A stretch of DNA of 64,000 nt from Burkholderiales bacterium (GTDB lineage: Bacteria > Pseudomonadota > Gammaproteobacteria > Burkholderiales > Thiobacteraceae): positions 11,491 to 75,490 of the forward strand of contig JAIMAL010000003.1 of NCBI GenBank assembly GCA_023511995.1, read 5' to 3'. How positions within the stretch are numbered: position 1 is the first letter of the stretch; each line of letters opens with the position of its first letter. This document shows, in pieces, positions 54,422 to 64,000 of the stretch. A model generated the notes under the pieces. The model had not been told where the DNA came from. It made no database searches and worked only from the letters and a program-made list of their open reading frames with translations. The translations under genes and the position numbers were made by a program.

Positions 54422-56665
54422 ATGCGCTTTCGCTTTCCCATCGTGATCATCGACGAGGATTTCCGCTCCGAAAACGCGAGCGGCATTGGCATCCGTGTGC
54501 TGGCCAAGGCCATCGAGGATGAGGGCATGGAAGTCCTCGGCGCCACCAGCTACGGTGACCTGGCCTCTTTCGTCCAGCAGCAAAGCCGTGCTTCCGCGTT
54601 CATTCTCTCCATCGATGACGAGGAGTTCTCCACGCCAGAGCTCGCCCAACACGCTGTGTCCCAGATTCGCGCCTTCGTCGAGGGCATCCGCTTCCGCAAT
54701 GCCGACATCCCCATCTTCCTCTATGGGGAGACGCGCACCTCCCGCCACATCCCCAACGATGTGCTCAAGGAGCTGCACGGCTTCATCCACATGTTCGAAG
54801 ACACGCCAGAGTTCATCGCCCGCTATGTGGTGCGGGAGGCGCGGGCCTATCTCGATTCCCTGCCGCCGCCTTTTTTCCGGGCGCTCACCCACTATGCGGC
54901 CGACGGCTCCTATTCCTGGCACTGCCCGGGACATTCCGGCGGGGTGGCCTTCCTGAAAAGCCCCGTGGGGCAGATGTTCCACCAGTTCTTTGGCGAAAAT
55001 CTCCTGCGTGCCGACGTGTGCAATGCGGTGGAGGAGCTGGGCCAGTTGCTGGACCACACCGGCCCGGTGGCGGCGGCGGAGCGCAATGCGGCGCGCATCT
55101 TCAATGCCGACCATCTGTTCTTTGTCACCAATGGCACCTCCACCTCCAACAAAATCGTCTGGCATTCCACGGTGGCGCCGGGGGATGTGGTGGTGGTGGA
55201 CCGCAACTGCCACAAGTCCGTGCTCCACGCCATCACCATGACGGGGGCGATTCCGGTGTTTCTCACGCCCACGCGCAACCACTACGGCATCATCGGGCCG
55301 ATCCCCCTCGATGAATTCCGCTGGGAAAACATCCAGAAAAAAATCGAGGCGCATCCCTTCGCCCGGGAGGTGAAACGGCCGCCGCGGGTGCTCACCATCA
55401 CCCAGAGCACCTATGACGGCATCCTCTACAACGTGGAGACCATCAAGCAGATGCTCGATGGCCGCATCGACACGCTGCATTTCGATGAGGCCTGGCTGCC
55501 CCATGCCGCCTTCCACCGCTTTTACAAGGATATGCACGCCATCGGCCGCGACCGGCCGCGGCCGCAGAAATCCATGCTCTTTTCCACGCAGTCCACGCAC
55601 AAGCTGCTGGCAGGCCTGTCTCAGGCCTCGCAGATCCTGGTGCAGGAGTCGGTGGAACGGAAACTGGACCGGGACATCTTCAACGAGGCCTTCCTCATGC
55701 ACATGTCCACCAGTCCCCAGTACGCCATCATCGCCTCCTGCGACATCGCTGCGGCGATGATGGAGCCCCCCGGCGGTACCGCCCTGGTGGAGGAATCCAT
55801 CCTCGAGGCGCTGGATTTCCGTCGCGCCATGCGCAAGGTGGAATGGGAATTCGGCGGCTCCTGGTGGTTCAAGGTGTGGGGGCCGGACGAGCTGGCGGAG
55901 GAGGGCATCGGCAGCCGCGAGGACTGGATTCTGCGCGCCAACGAACGCTGGCATGGCTTCGGCGATCTGGCACCGGGCTTCAACATGCTCGACCCCATCA
56001 AGGCCACGGTCATCACGCCCGGCCTGGACGTGGAGGGCGAGTTTGCCGAATCGGGCATCCCGGCGGCCATCGTCACCAAGTACCTCGCCGAACACGGGGT
56101 GATCGTGGAGAAGACGGGGCTTTACTCCTTCTTCATCATGTTCACCATCGGCATCACCAAGGGGCGCTGGAACACGCTGCTGACCGCCCTGCAGCAGTTC
56201 AAGGACGACTACGACCGCAACCAGCCCCTGTGGCGGGTGCTGCCCGAGTTTGTCGCCAAACACCCCCGCTATGAGCGGGTGGGGCTGCGCGACCTGTGCG
56301 ATTCCATCCATGGCATCTACCGTGCCAACGACATCGCCCGCCTCACTACGGAAATGTACCTTTCCGAAATGGCGCCGGCGATGAAGCCCACCGATGCCTT
56401 CGCCAAGATGGCCCACCGGGAGATCGAGCGGGTGGAAATCGATCATCTCGCCGGCCGCATCACGGCGGTGCTGCTCACCCCCTATCCGCCGGGGATTCCA
56501 CTGCTGATTCCGGGGGAACGCTTCAACCCCACCATCGTCCGTTATCTCCAGTTTGCGCGGGAGTTCAACGAGAAATTCCCCGGCTTCGAGACCGACATCC
56601 ATGGCCTCGTGGCCGACGAGAGCAACGGACGCAAGCGCTACTTCGTGGACTGCGTGCTCGCTTAA
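54422..56665 (+). CDS. Large PLP-dependent Orn/Lys/Arg decarboxylase (wing + PLP domains)
   Basis: 747 aa with an N-terminal receiver-like wing domain and the PLP-lysine motif STHKLL. I cannot tell the substrate specificity from the sequence alone. Confidence 0.85.
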   Translation: MRFRFPIVIIDEDFRSENASGIGIRVLAKAIEDEGMEVLGATSYGDLASFVQQQSRASAFILSIDDEEFSTPELAQHAVSQIRAFVEGIRFRNADIPIFLYGETRTSRHIPNDVLKELHGFIHMFEDTPEFIARYVVREARAYLDSLPPPFFRALTHYAADGSYSWHCPGHSGGVAFLKSPVGQMFHQFFGENLLRADVCNAVEELGQLLDHTGPVAAAERNAARIFNADHLFFVTNGTSTSNKIVWHSTVAPGDVVVVDRNCHKSVLHAITMTGAIPVFLTPTRNHYGIIGPIPLDEFRWENIQKKIEAHPFAREVKRPPRVLTITQSTYDGILYNVETIKQMLDGRIDTLHFDEAWLPHAAFHRFYKDMHAIGRDRPRPQKSMLFSTQSTHKLLAGLSQASQILVQESVERKLDRDIFNEAFLMHMSTSPQYAIIASCDIAAAMMEPPGGTALVEESILEALDFRRAMRKVEWEFGGSWWFKVWGPDELAEEGIGSREDWILRANERWHGFGDLAPGFNMLDPIKATVITPGLDVEGEFAESGIPAAIVTKYLAEHGVIVEKTGLYSFFIMFTIGITKGRWNTLLTALQQFKDDYDRNQPLWRVLPEFVAKHPRYERVGLRDLCDSIHGIYRANDIARLTTEMYLSEMAPAMKPTDAFAKMAHREIERVEIDHLAGRITAVLLTPYPPGIPLLIPGERFNPTIVRYLQFAREFNEKFPGFETDIHGLVADESNGRKRYFVDCVLA

Positions 56666-56683
56666 GCCTGGGGAAGCCGCACG

Positions 56684-57910
56684 GTGAACGCCATCTGGGC
56701 GGGCTTCGTCCTCGTCGCCCTGGCCGGCACCCTGGTGCAGGCAGTCTTCCTGGGCCACCCGGAGGTGGCGGCCGCGGTGATGCAGCGGCTTTTCGATGAC
56801 AGCAGGCTCGCCTTCGAGGTGGCGCTGGGCCTCACGGGTGTGATGAGCCTGTGGCTCGGCCTCATGCGCATCGGCGAGGCGGGCGGTTTCCTCAACGCCC
56901 TCACCCGGCTTCTGTCGCCCCTTTTTACCCGCCTGATGCCGGAAGTGCCCCGCGATCACCCGGCCCAGGGGGCGGTGGTGATGAATCTGGCGGCCAATGT
57001 GCTGGGCCTGGACAACGCCGCCACGCCGCTGGGCCTCAAGGCCATGCGGGAGCTAAACCGTCTGAATCCGCAGCCGGAGACGGCGAGCAACGCCCAGATT
57101 CTTTTCCTGGTGCTCAATGCCTCTTCGGTGACGGTGCTTCCCGTCACCATCTTCACCTATCGCGCCCAGATGGGGGCGGCCAATCCCACCGATGTCTTCA
57201 TCCCCATCCTCATTGCCACCTCCTGTTCCACCCTGGTGGGGCTGATCAGTGTGGCAGTGGTGCAGCGGCTGCGCCTCTTCGACCCCGTCGTGATGCTCTA
57301 TCTGGGCGGAGCGGCGCTCCTTTTGGGGGGACTCATGGCGTATTTCGGCACCCTGCCGGCGGCGGAGATGCAAAGACAGTCGGCCCTCCTCACCCATGCC
57401 ATTCTGCTGGGTCTCATCGCCGCTTTTCTGCTCGCCGCTCTGTGGCGCCGGGTGCCGCTCTACGAGACTTTTCTCGACGGGGCGAAGGAGGGTTTCCAGG
57501 TGGCGGTGGGCATCATCCCCTATCTGGTGGCCATGCTGGTGGCGATTGGCATGTTGCGGGCAAGTGGCGTGCTGGAGCTCCTGCTTTCCGGCATCCGCGG
57601 CTGGGCCACCGCCGCGGGCCTGGACACGCGCTTCGTCGATGCTCTGCCGACGGCCTTCATCAAGCCGCTTTCGGGCAGCGGGGCACGGGCCATGATGGTG
57701 GAGACCATGCGCACCTTCGGGCCCGACTCCCTGGCCGGGCGCCTTTCGGCGGTGATCCAGGGCAGCACGGAGACCACCTTCTATGTGCTGGCGGTGTATT
57801 TCGGCGCGGTGGGGATAAGGCGCGCGCGGCACGCGGTGGCCTGCGCCCTGTTGGCCGATCTGGCCGGCGTGGTGGCGGCGATTCTGGTGACCTACTGGTT
57901 CTTTGCCTGA
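56684..57910 (+). CDS. Nucleoside-recognition (Gate) domain membrane protein, SpmA/SpmB-like fusion
   Basis: 408 aa, starting at GTG 56684, 18 nt after the decarboxylase stop. Polytopic, with the SpmA-like pattern NLAANVLGLDNAATPLGLKAM. Confidence 0.65.
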   Translation: MNAIWAGFVLVALAGTLVQAVFLGHPEVAAAVMQRLFDDSRLAFEVALGLTGVMSLWLGLMRIGEAGGFLNALTRLLSPLFTRLMPEVPRDHPAQGAVVMNLAANVLGLDNAATPLGLKAMRELNRLNPQPETASNAQILFLVLNASSVTVLPVTIFTYRAQMGAANPTDVFIPILIATSCSTLVGLISVAVVQRLRLFDPVVMLYLGGAALLLGGLMAYFGTLPAAEMQRQSALLTHAILLGLIAAFLLAALWRRVPLYETFLDGAKEGFQVAVGIIPYLVAMLVAIGMLRASGVLELLLSGIRGWATAAGLDTRFVDALPTAFIKPLSGSGARAMMVETMRTFGPDSLAGRLSAVIQGSTETTFYVLAVYFGAVGIRRARHAVACALLADLAGVVAAILVTYWFFA

Positions 57911-57919
57911 CGGGCCGCT

Positions 57920-59167
57920 TTAGATGCCCAGCTCTTCCACCCAGGCCAGTGCCTGAATGTGGGCGGTGTTGACCCGTTCCGGATCGAGGGTCAATGCCTG
58001 CGCCAGTTCCCGCATGCGGGTGGTGTCCGCCCCCTCACAGGCCTCGGCAAGCTGCAGGAAGGGGCCATACACGCCTTCCCGGTGCAGCAGCGCCTCGGCA
58101 ACGGATTCCGGTAGATGGAGCTTTTCCAGGATCTGCTCCATGGGCATTTCCAGCATGGCATCAAGCAGGGAGAAGATGCCGACGATGAACAGGTTGTCCC
58201 GGTCCTGCCGGTCCAACAGGCCCTCGCCCAAAAGTTCGGTGAGGCGGCCGCGGGTGACGGCGGTTTTCATCAGCGCCGGCGGCGTCGAGCTTTCACTTGC
58301 CGTCACCACCAGCAGGGTGAGCCAGCGGTAGAGCTGCTGGTAGCCGAGGATGGCGAGGGCGTGACGGATGGACTGGATCTCGCAGGACAGACCGAAGCCC
58401 ACCGAATTGATATAGCGCAGCAGCTTGAAGGAGAGGGCAACATCGCGCTTGAAGCCCTTCTCGATTTCCCCGATGTCGGCATTGGCGCGGACCTTGTTGA
58501 GCAGCTCCAGCACCAGCGCCTGACCGGGGTGAATGACCCGCGCGCTCAAGGTTTCCGGCCGGGCGAAATAAAAGCCCTGATAGAGATCGAACTTGAGGGA
58601 GCGGCAGAGGTTATAGGCGGCGCGGGTCTCCACGCGCTCGGCGACCAGCTTCACCGGATGCCGGCGCAGGGCACTGACCAGGGCCGGTAGCCGCTCCTGG
58701 GGCAGGGCGAGCACGTCCAGCTTGACGAAGGTGACGAGGGGTAGCAGGGGATCGAGGGCGGGGTTGCCAGCGTAATCGTCCAGGGCCAGGGTGAAGCCCT
58801 GCGCCCGCAGGGTTTTCAGCCGCTCCAGGAGTTCCGCTGTCGGTGTGACGTCCTCCAGAATCTCCAGCACGATGCGCCGCGCCGGCAACAGCTCGAGGAA
58901 ATCGCTTTCCAGCATGGGCGCGGAGACGTTGAGGAACGCGATGCGGTCACCGAAGAGCCATTCCACGCCCATGTTGCTGAGGGTGTTCACCAGCACCTGG
59001 GTGCCGGCCATGAGGTCGTCGGTGACATTCGCCCGGCTGGCGGAAGCGGCATCGCGGAAGAGGAGTTCATAGCCGACGATGCGCTGCTGCCCGTCGAGGA
59101 TGGGCTGGCGGCCGATGAAAACCTCGTCGTGGGTCGCGTGGAGCAGAGGGCGGGTCGTCAGTTGCAT
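57920..59167 (-). CDS. EAL-HDOD domain protein (putative c-di-GMP phosphodiesterase or sensor)
   Basis: 415 aa. EAL-domain residues appear intact (ELLFR, FLNVS, LEILED, LALDDYAG, FVKLD, AERVET, YQGFYF). It is followed by an HDOD-like C-terminal half. It starts 21 nt after the cheA stop. Confidence 0.8.
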   Translation of the reverse strand: MQLTTRPLLHATHDEVFIGRQPILDGQQRIVGYELLFRDAASASRANVTDDLMAGTQVLVNTLSNMGVEWLFGDRIAFLNVSAPMLESDFLELLPARRIVLEILEDVTPTAELLERLKTLRAQGFTLALDDYAGNPALDPLLPLVTFVKLDVLALPQERLPALVSALRRHPVKLVAERVETRAAYNLCRSLKFDLYQGFYFARPETLSARVIHPGQALVLELLNKVRANADIGEIEKGFKRDVALSFKLLRYINSVGFGLSCEIQSIRHALAILGYQQLYRWLTLLVVTASESSTPPALMKTAVTRGRLTELLGEGLLDRQDRDNLFIVGIFSLLDAMLEMPMEQILEKLHLPESVAEALLHREGVYGPFLQLAEACEGADTTRMRELAQALTLDPERVNTAHIQALAWVEELGI

Positions 59168-59188
59168 GGCATTTCCCCCGGCAGCGGA

Positions 59189-61033
59189 TCAGGCCGTGGC
59201 GCGAAACAGGCTGGCGTGCGGGCTTGGCGTCTCCTGGGTGAGCAGTGCCTCCATGTCCAGCACCAGTACCACCTGCCCGTCGCCGGAGAGGGTGGCGCCG
59301 GCCACACCGTGGGGTTTGATACCCTGCAGCGGCTTGATGACCACGTCGTCGCGGCCGATGAATCCATCGATGGCCAGCACGAAGGAGGATTCGCCAGACT
59401 GCATGAGCACGCCGAAGGCGGGGCGACCCTCGTCCGGCCAGCCGATGAGCCCAGCCAGGGTTTTCACCGGCAATACCTCGTCCCGCACCACCAGGGTGGC
59501 GCGACCGGAAACCTGCTGTACCTCCTCGGGGTGGATGGGCACGATCTCCCGCACCATGGACAGGGGTACGGCGAAGGGCTGGTTGCCAAGGCGCACGATG
59601 AGCACCGGCAGGATGGCCAGCGTGAGGGGCAGGGTGATAGTGAACACCGTGCCCTGGCCGACCACCGAACGGATGTCGATGCGGCCATTGAGGCGGGTAA
59701 TGTTGGTCTTCACCACATCCATGCCCACGCCCCGTCCGGAGACATCGGAAATCTGGTCCTTGGTGGAAAAGCCCGGCAGGAAGATGAGATTGAGGCTTTG
59801 CCGCTCATCCAGGCTGTTGGCGGTCTCGGCATCGATCAGGCCTTTTTCCAGCGCCTTGCGCCGGATCACGTCGGCGCGGATGCCCCGGCCGTCGTCGGCG
59901 ATCTCGATGACGATCTGGTCCCCGACCTGCTGGGCGGAAAGGCGGATCACGCTTTTGGCCGGTTTGCCGGCGGCCAGGCGTTCCTCCGGTGATTCCACTC
60001 CATGATCCACGGCATTGCGCACCAGGTGCACCAGGGGATCGTTGAGGTCCTCGATCATGGTTTTGTCGATCTCGGTCTCCTCCCCTTCCAGCACCAACTC
60101 CACGTCCTTGCCCAGGCTGCGCGCCAGGTCCCGGGCCAGGCGCGGATATTTCTGGAAGAGGCGCCCGATGGGCTGCATGCGGGTCTTCATCACCGCGTTC
60201 TGCAGATCACCCACGAGGAGGTCGAGGTGGCTTACCGCTTCATCCAGCGCCTTGAGGGTCGCCGGATCGTTCTTGCCGGCGAGGATGTCTGCGCGCAGGC
60301 AGTTGAGCCGGTTCTTGGTGAGCCCGATTTCGCCGGAGAGGTTCAGCACCTGATCGAGCCGCGCGGTGTCGATGCGGATGGTGTTGTCCTTGGCCGACAC
60401 CTGTTTGGCGGGCGGCGTTTTCGCCCCCGGCCGGCCCTCCGCACGGGGTGCGGGGCTTGCGGCGGGTGGGATGGCGGGCGCCTCGGCGGGGCGCGCTGGG
60501 GTTTCCTCGCTGCGGCCGCCCACCAGGGCATGGTAGAGGAGGCGCCAGTCGGGGCCCGTTTCCGTTGCCGGCGCGCCCACTTCCTCCGTGACGGGTTCCT
60601 GGGGCGTGTGGACGGCCTGGTTTTGCCAGACCTGCATGGCCTTTTCCCCCGCCAGCACGGCGTCGAGCTCCAGCATCAGGTCCTTGTCCGGCTCGGGCAT
60701 GCGGGCCTGGGCGAGGGCATCGAACATGGTGCGCACCGAGGCGGTGGCGGCCAGGATCACGTCCATGATCTCCGGGGTGAGGGTCATCTCCCCATTGCGC
60801 AGCTTGTCGAAAAGGTTTTCCGTGCGGTGGCACAGTTCGACGAGGGGGGTGGCGTTGAGGAAGCCCGCCCCGCCCTTGATGGTGTGAAAGCCGCGGAAAA
60901 TCTGGTTGAGCAGCTCGCGGTCACCGGGAGCGCGCTCCAGCTCCACGAGCCTGTTGTCCACTTCGGCGAGGAGTTCGGTGGCCTCCGTCAGGAAGTCCTG
61001 CAGCAGGTCCTCCATGCCTTCGAATGCACTCAT
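59189..61033 (-). CDS. cheA: Chemotaxis histidine kinase CheA
   Basis: 614 aa with HPt (FHTIKGGAGF), a low-complexity linker where P2 would be, then dimerization, HATPase and CheW-like domains. Confidence 0.93.
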   Translation of the reverse strand: MSAFEGMEDLLQDFLTEATELLAEVDNRLVELERAPGDRELLNQIFRGFHTIKGGAGFLNATPLVELCHRTENLFDKLRNGEMTLTPEIMDVILAATASVRTMFDALAQARMPEPDKDLMLELDAVLAGEKAMQVWQNQAVHTPQEPVTEEVGAPATETGPDWRLLYHALVGGRSEETPARPAEAPAIPPAASPAPRAEGRPGAKTPPAKQVSAKDNTIRIDTARLDQVLNLSGEIGLTKNRLNCLRADILAGKNDPATLKALDEAVSHLDLLVGDLQNAVMKTRMQPIGRLFQKYPRLARDLARSLGKDVELVLEGEETEIDKTMIEDLNDPLVHLVRNAVDHGVESPEERLAAGKPAKSVIRLSAQQVGDQIVIEIADDGRGIRADVIRRKALEKGLIDAETANSLDERQSLNLIFLPGFSTKDQISDVSGRGVGMDVVKTNITRLNGRIDIRSVVGQGTVFTITLPLTLAILPVLIVRLGNQPFAVPLSMVREIVPIHPEEVQQVSGRATLVVRDEVLPVKTLAGLIGWPDEGRPAFGVLMQSGESSFVLAIDGFIGRDDVVIKPLQGIKPHGVAGATLSGDGQVVLVLDMEALLTQETPSPHASLFRATA

Positions 61034-61057
61034 GGCGCTTCCTCTCGTTCCTTCCCC

Positions 61058-61813
61058 CTAGAATCCCAGGCTCTCCAGCAGTTCGTCCACCTGGGCTTGG
61101 CTCGTGACCACGTCTGAGCGGCCAGCCGTGTTGACGACCGGCCCGTTGAGCAGGCCCGTCTCCAACTGGGCGCGTTTCTCGACGGGGGTGTTCTCCACCA
61201 GCACCTTGAGTAGCTCGCTTTCCATTTCCTGGGCCATGTCGATGACCTTCTTGATCACCTGGCCGGTGAGGTCCTGGAAGTCCTGCGCCATCATGATTTC
61301 CATGAGCTGGGCGCGGGTGTCCGCGGTCTTGCGGGGCACCTCCTCGAGGAAGCCCCGGGTCTCGTGCACGAGTTGTTTGAATTCCTCCACCGACAGTTCA
61401 TTGCGGAAGAGGCAGTCCCAACGTGCAGCGAGCGCGCTGGAGCGGGTTTCCAGCTCCTCCTGGATGGGTTTGGCAACGTCGGTGGCATTGAGCACGCGCT
61501 CCGCCGCCTGCTGGGTGAGGGCGGCGATGTAGGCAAGACGGTCCCGGGCGTCCGGAATCATGGTGTCCACGGCCTTCTCTAGTGCCTTGTCGTAGCCCAG
61601 CTGTTTCAGCGTCTCGTGCAGCTTGCGGGTGAGATGGCCCAGCTGGCTGTAGTAGGGCTCGGTAATCCCCCCTTGGCTGGGCGGCGGCTCCTCCGGCTGC
61701 CCGCTGCGTTCCCCCTGCGTTCCGGCCTGGGCTTCGGCCTGGGCATTGGCCCGCACGATGCTGTCGAAGAGGGCTTCCAGCTCGTCGCTGTCCCCGTTGG
61801 CCATGTTGCTCAC
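61058..61813 (-). CDS. cheZ: CheY-P phosphatase CheZ
   Basis: 251 aa with the signature [15 protein letters not shown]. The GTG start overlaps the cheY stop (GTGA); ATG at 61804 is an alternative. Confidence 0.88.
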   Translation of the reverse strand: MSNMANGDSDELEALFDSIVRANAQAEAQAGTQGERSGQPEEPPPSQGGITEPYYSQLGHLTRKLHETLKQLGYDKALEKAVDTMIPDARDRLAYIAALTQQAAERVLNATDVAKPIQEELETRSSALAARWDCLFRNELSVEEFKQLVHETRGFLEEVPRKTADTRAQLMEIMMAQDFQDLTGQVIKKVIDMAQEMESELLKVLVENTPVEKRAQLETGLLNGPVVNTAGRSDVVTSQAQVDELLESLGF

Positions 61814-62205
61814 TTGGCACCTCCTAGGTTCTGGAAGATTTTGTTGAGTTTTTCCTCGAGGGTGGCGGCGGTGAAGGGTTTGACGATATAGCCGCTCGCC
61901 CCGGCCTGTGCTGCGGCGATGATGTTCTCCTTCTTCGCCTCGGCGGTGACCATCAGCACCGGCAGGTGCTTGAGGGAGGGGTCGCTGCGGATCTTCTGCA
62001 GCAACTCCAGGCCGGTCATGTTGGGCATGTTCCAGTCGCTGACGACGAAATCGAACTTGCCGCTGCGCAGTTTCTGCAGGGCGGCAGCGCCGTCCTCCGC
62101 CTCCTCCACGTTGGCAAAACCCAGCTCCTTGAGCAGGTTGCGGATGATGCGGCGCATGGTGGAAAAATCGTCCACCACCAGGAATTTCATGTTGGGGTCA
62201 GCCAT
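61810..62205 (-). CDS. cheY: Chemotaxis response regulator CheY
   Basis: 131 aa, [20 protein letters not shown]...DWNMPNMTG. Confidence 0.95.
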   Translation of the reverse strand: MADPNMKFLVVDDFSTMRRIIRNLLKELGFANVEEAEDGAAALQKLRSGKFDFVVSDWNMPNMTGLELLQKIRSDPSLKHLPVLMVTAEAKKENIIAAAQAGASGYIVKPFTAATLEEKLNKIFQNLGGAK

Positions 62206-62278
62206 GTACCGTTCCTCTGTTCATCCGTGCTTCTCGCATTCGCCTCTCCGGTTTGTGTTTTTCATGCGCAGGCTGCCG

Positions 62279-63214
62279 TCAGTGGAGGAAGGGCCGCAGC
62301 GTGTCCGCCAACACGGCGGGGTCGAATTTCGCCACGTAGTTGTCCACGCCCACCTGCTGCCCCATGGCGCGGTTGGCTTCCGACGAGAGGGAGGAATGCA
62401 TGATCACCGGGATGCCGTCGAAACGGCGGTCGGCCTTGATTTTCTTGGTCAGCACGTAGCCGTCCATTTCCGGCATTTCCGCATCGGTGAGGATCAGGCT
62501 GAGTTTGTCCCTGAGGGACACGCCCTCCGCCTGGGCCGCTGCGGCCAGCGCCTGCAACTTCTCCCATGCTTCCAGGCCGTTGGTGGCCTGCTGGTATTTG
62601 ACACCGAGGGTGTCCAGCACCCGGGTGATCTCCTTGCGCGCCACCACCGAATCGTCGGCGAAGAAAATCGTGTGTTCCTTTTCCGCCTGCACGGGTTCCA
62701 GGGGCGGCACTTCCTCCTCGCCAATGGCCTGCACCAGAATCTGCTCCACATCCAGGATGGAGACGAGCTTGCCGTCCGGCAGCTCGGTGATGGCGGTGAT
62801 CATGGCGTCATGGCCGGTGAGCATGGCCGAAGGGGGCTTCACCTTGTCCCAGTCCACGCGGATGATGCGGTCCACGTCATGCACCAGGAACCCCTGGGTG
62901 TGACGGGCAAATTCGGTCACGATCATGGTGCCGCCGGTCTCCTGGGGGGCGCCCTCGATCTGGATGAACTTCGCCAGCGAAATCACCGGAATGATGTTGC
63001 CGCGCAGGGAGATCACCCCCTCCACGCCGGGCGGAGTGTTGGGCGTTTTGGTGATGGGCGGCGTCTGGCAGACCTCCCGCACCTTGAACACATTGATGCC
63101 GAACACCTCACCGGTGCCCAGCGAGAAAAGGAGGATTTCCATTTTGTTCGAGCCCGCCAGTTTGGTCCGGGCATCGACGCTTTCCAGGAGAGCAGGGGAA
63201 GTGGGCATATCCAT
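62279..63214 (-). CDS. cheV: CheV (CheW-like + receiver)
   Basis: 311 aa with an N-terminal CheW-like domain and a C-terminal receiver (LTDAEMPEMDG). Confidence 0.88.
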   Translation of the reverse strand: MDMPTSPALLESVDARTKLAGSNKMEILLFSLGTGEVFGINVFKVREVCQTPPITKTPNTPPGVEGVISLRGNIIPVISLAKFIQIEGAPQETGGTMIVTEFARHTQGFLVHDVDRIIRVDWDKVKPPSAMLTGHDAMITAITELPDGKLVSILDVEQILVQAIGEEEVPPLEPVQAEKEHTIFFADDSVVARKEITRVLDTLGVKYQQATNGLEAWEKLQALAAAAQAEGVSLRDKLSLILTDAEMPEMDGYVLTKKIKADRRFDGIPVIMHSSLSSEANRAMGQQVGVDNYVAKFDPAVLADTLRPFLH

Positions 63215-63235
63215 GGTTGACTTCCTGTCTTGTAC

Positions 63236-64000
63236 TCAGGCCGCGGCGCGGACATTTCCCTTCAGTATGCGCGCCAGGGTTTCCGCCAGACGCTGCGGCT
63301 CGAATTTCGATACGTATTCATCCACGCCCACCGACCGGCCCAGCTGCTGGTTGGACATGCCGGACAGGGACGAGTGCATGATGACGGGAATGCCGGCGAA
63401 ACGGGGGTCCGCCTTGATGCGCTTGGTGAGCATGTAGCCGTCCATTTCCGGCATTTCCACATCGGTGAGCACGAGCTGGATGAAATGACTCACCGGCTGA
63501 TGCGCGGCTTCCGCCTGTTCCGCAATCTTCAGGAGGGTCTCCCAGGCCTGGCGCCCATTGTTCGCCGCGTGGTAGTGGATGCCCATGGCATTCAGGGTCT
63601 TCTCGATCTGCTTTCTGGCGATGGCCGAGTCATCACAGAAAAGAATGGTGCGGGGTTCCGCCACATCCAGCGGCTCGACGGCGGCATAGAGATAGTCGTC
63701 GTCCCCCTGGGTGGTGTCGGCGAGGATTTTTTCCACGTCCATGAGCATGACCAAGCGCCCATCGGCAAGCTCCGTCACTGCCGTCACCAGGCCTCCCATG
63801 TGGCCGGCAAACATGTCGGGGGGTACCCGGATGGAGGACCAGTCCAGGCGCAGGATGGTATCCACTGCCTCGACGAGGAAACCCTGGGTGTGGCCGTTGT
63901 ACTCGGTGACGATCATGATCTCCGGCTTGCTGTCCGTTTCGATGCCGGTGAACTTGACCAGGTCCACCACTGGCACCAGGACACCGCGCAGACTCACCAT
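63236..64000 (-). CDS. cheV: Second CheV paralog, N-terminally truncated by the window edge
   Basis: The 254 aa visible align with residues ~65-311 of the adjacent CheV (roughly half identical by eye). The frame is open at base 64000. Confidence 0.85.
   Translation of the reverse strand: MVSLRGVLVPVVDLVKFTGIETDSKPEIMIVTEYNGHTQGFLVEAVDTILRLDWSSIRVPPDMFAGHMGGLVTAVTELADGRLVMLMDVEKILADTTQGDDDYLYAAVEPLDVAEPRTILFCDDSAIARKQIEKTLNAMGIHYHAANNGRQAWETLLKIAEQAEAAHQPVSHFIQLVLTDVEMPEMDGYMLTKRIKADPRFAGIPVIMHSSLSGMSNQQLGRSVGVDEYVSKFEPQRLAETLARILKGNVRAAA

Noticed and set aside
1-64000. Scan for CRISPR arrays, tRNA/rRNA genes, transposases, integrases, phage or defence-island content, and compositional breaks
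   Set aside because: I saw no repeat-spacer arrays and no cloverleaf-like intergenic segments; the intergenic spaces are short. No mobile-element or known defence gene families turned up. Codon and GC character looks uniform by eye, so the window reads as core chromosome.

Overview
Visibly GC-rich proteobacterial chromosomal segment. Gene content (cheZ/cheV chemotaxis, czc-type HME-RND efflux, divergent metG/apbC) suggests a betaproteobacterium, but this is inference only. About 55 protein genes tile almost the whole window, and many pairs have 4-nt start/stop overlaps. I found no rRNA, tRNA, CRISPR array, transposase, integrase or phage genes, so this looks like core genome rather than an island. 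Gene order: prkA(5' partial)-yeaH-spoVR; DUF2062 and comEC (divergent); psiF, asr-like, DUF3568 lipoprotein, unknown secreted repeat protein; aspA-like lyase; tlpA-like/thioredoxin/TolC-like/adaptor operon; lytic transglycosylase; proS; spermidine-synthase-like; czcB-czcA-DUF3240-czcC; PhnD-like binding protein + HAMP-PAS-GGDEF-EAL sensor; DUF1924-diheme c-cytochrome b-RR-HK operon; moxR, fused DUF58-TgpA; rsgA, phhB, small cytochrome c, M48 protease; orn; glgP, glgA; gnd-zwf-pgl; dnaE; acyP; DsrE-like lipoprotein; metG; apbC; dcd; Orn/Lys/Arg decarboxylase + Gate-domain membrane protein; EAL-HDOD, cheA, cheZ, cheY, cheV, cheV(partial). The items most worth follow-up are these. (1) A promoter-to-terminator ~108-nt candidate sRNA downstream of dnaE, with two tandem CCUCCUCC anti-Shine-Dalgarno motifs. 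(2) A poorly characterised periplasmic heme module (DUF1924 + diheme cytochrome c + cytochrome b) co-operonic with a PmrAB/QseBC-like two-component system. It is preceded by four 11-bp-phased TTAAG-type repeats (PmrA-box-like) and an SD-occluding leader hairpin, and a matching CTTAAG-N5-TTTAAG box sits upstream of the czc operon. (3) A pump-less TolC-like/adaptor pair translationally coupled to two periplasmic thioredoxins. (4) An in-frame DUF58::TgpA fusion. (5) A c-di-GMP EAL-HDOD gene at the end of a che operon. All functional calls rest on recognition of motifs and families from the translated ORFs, because no database search could be run. Start codons that I trimmed from the ORF track are stated in the evidence fields.
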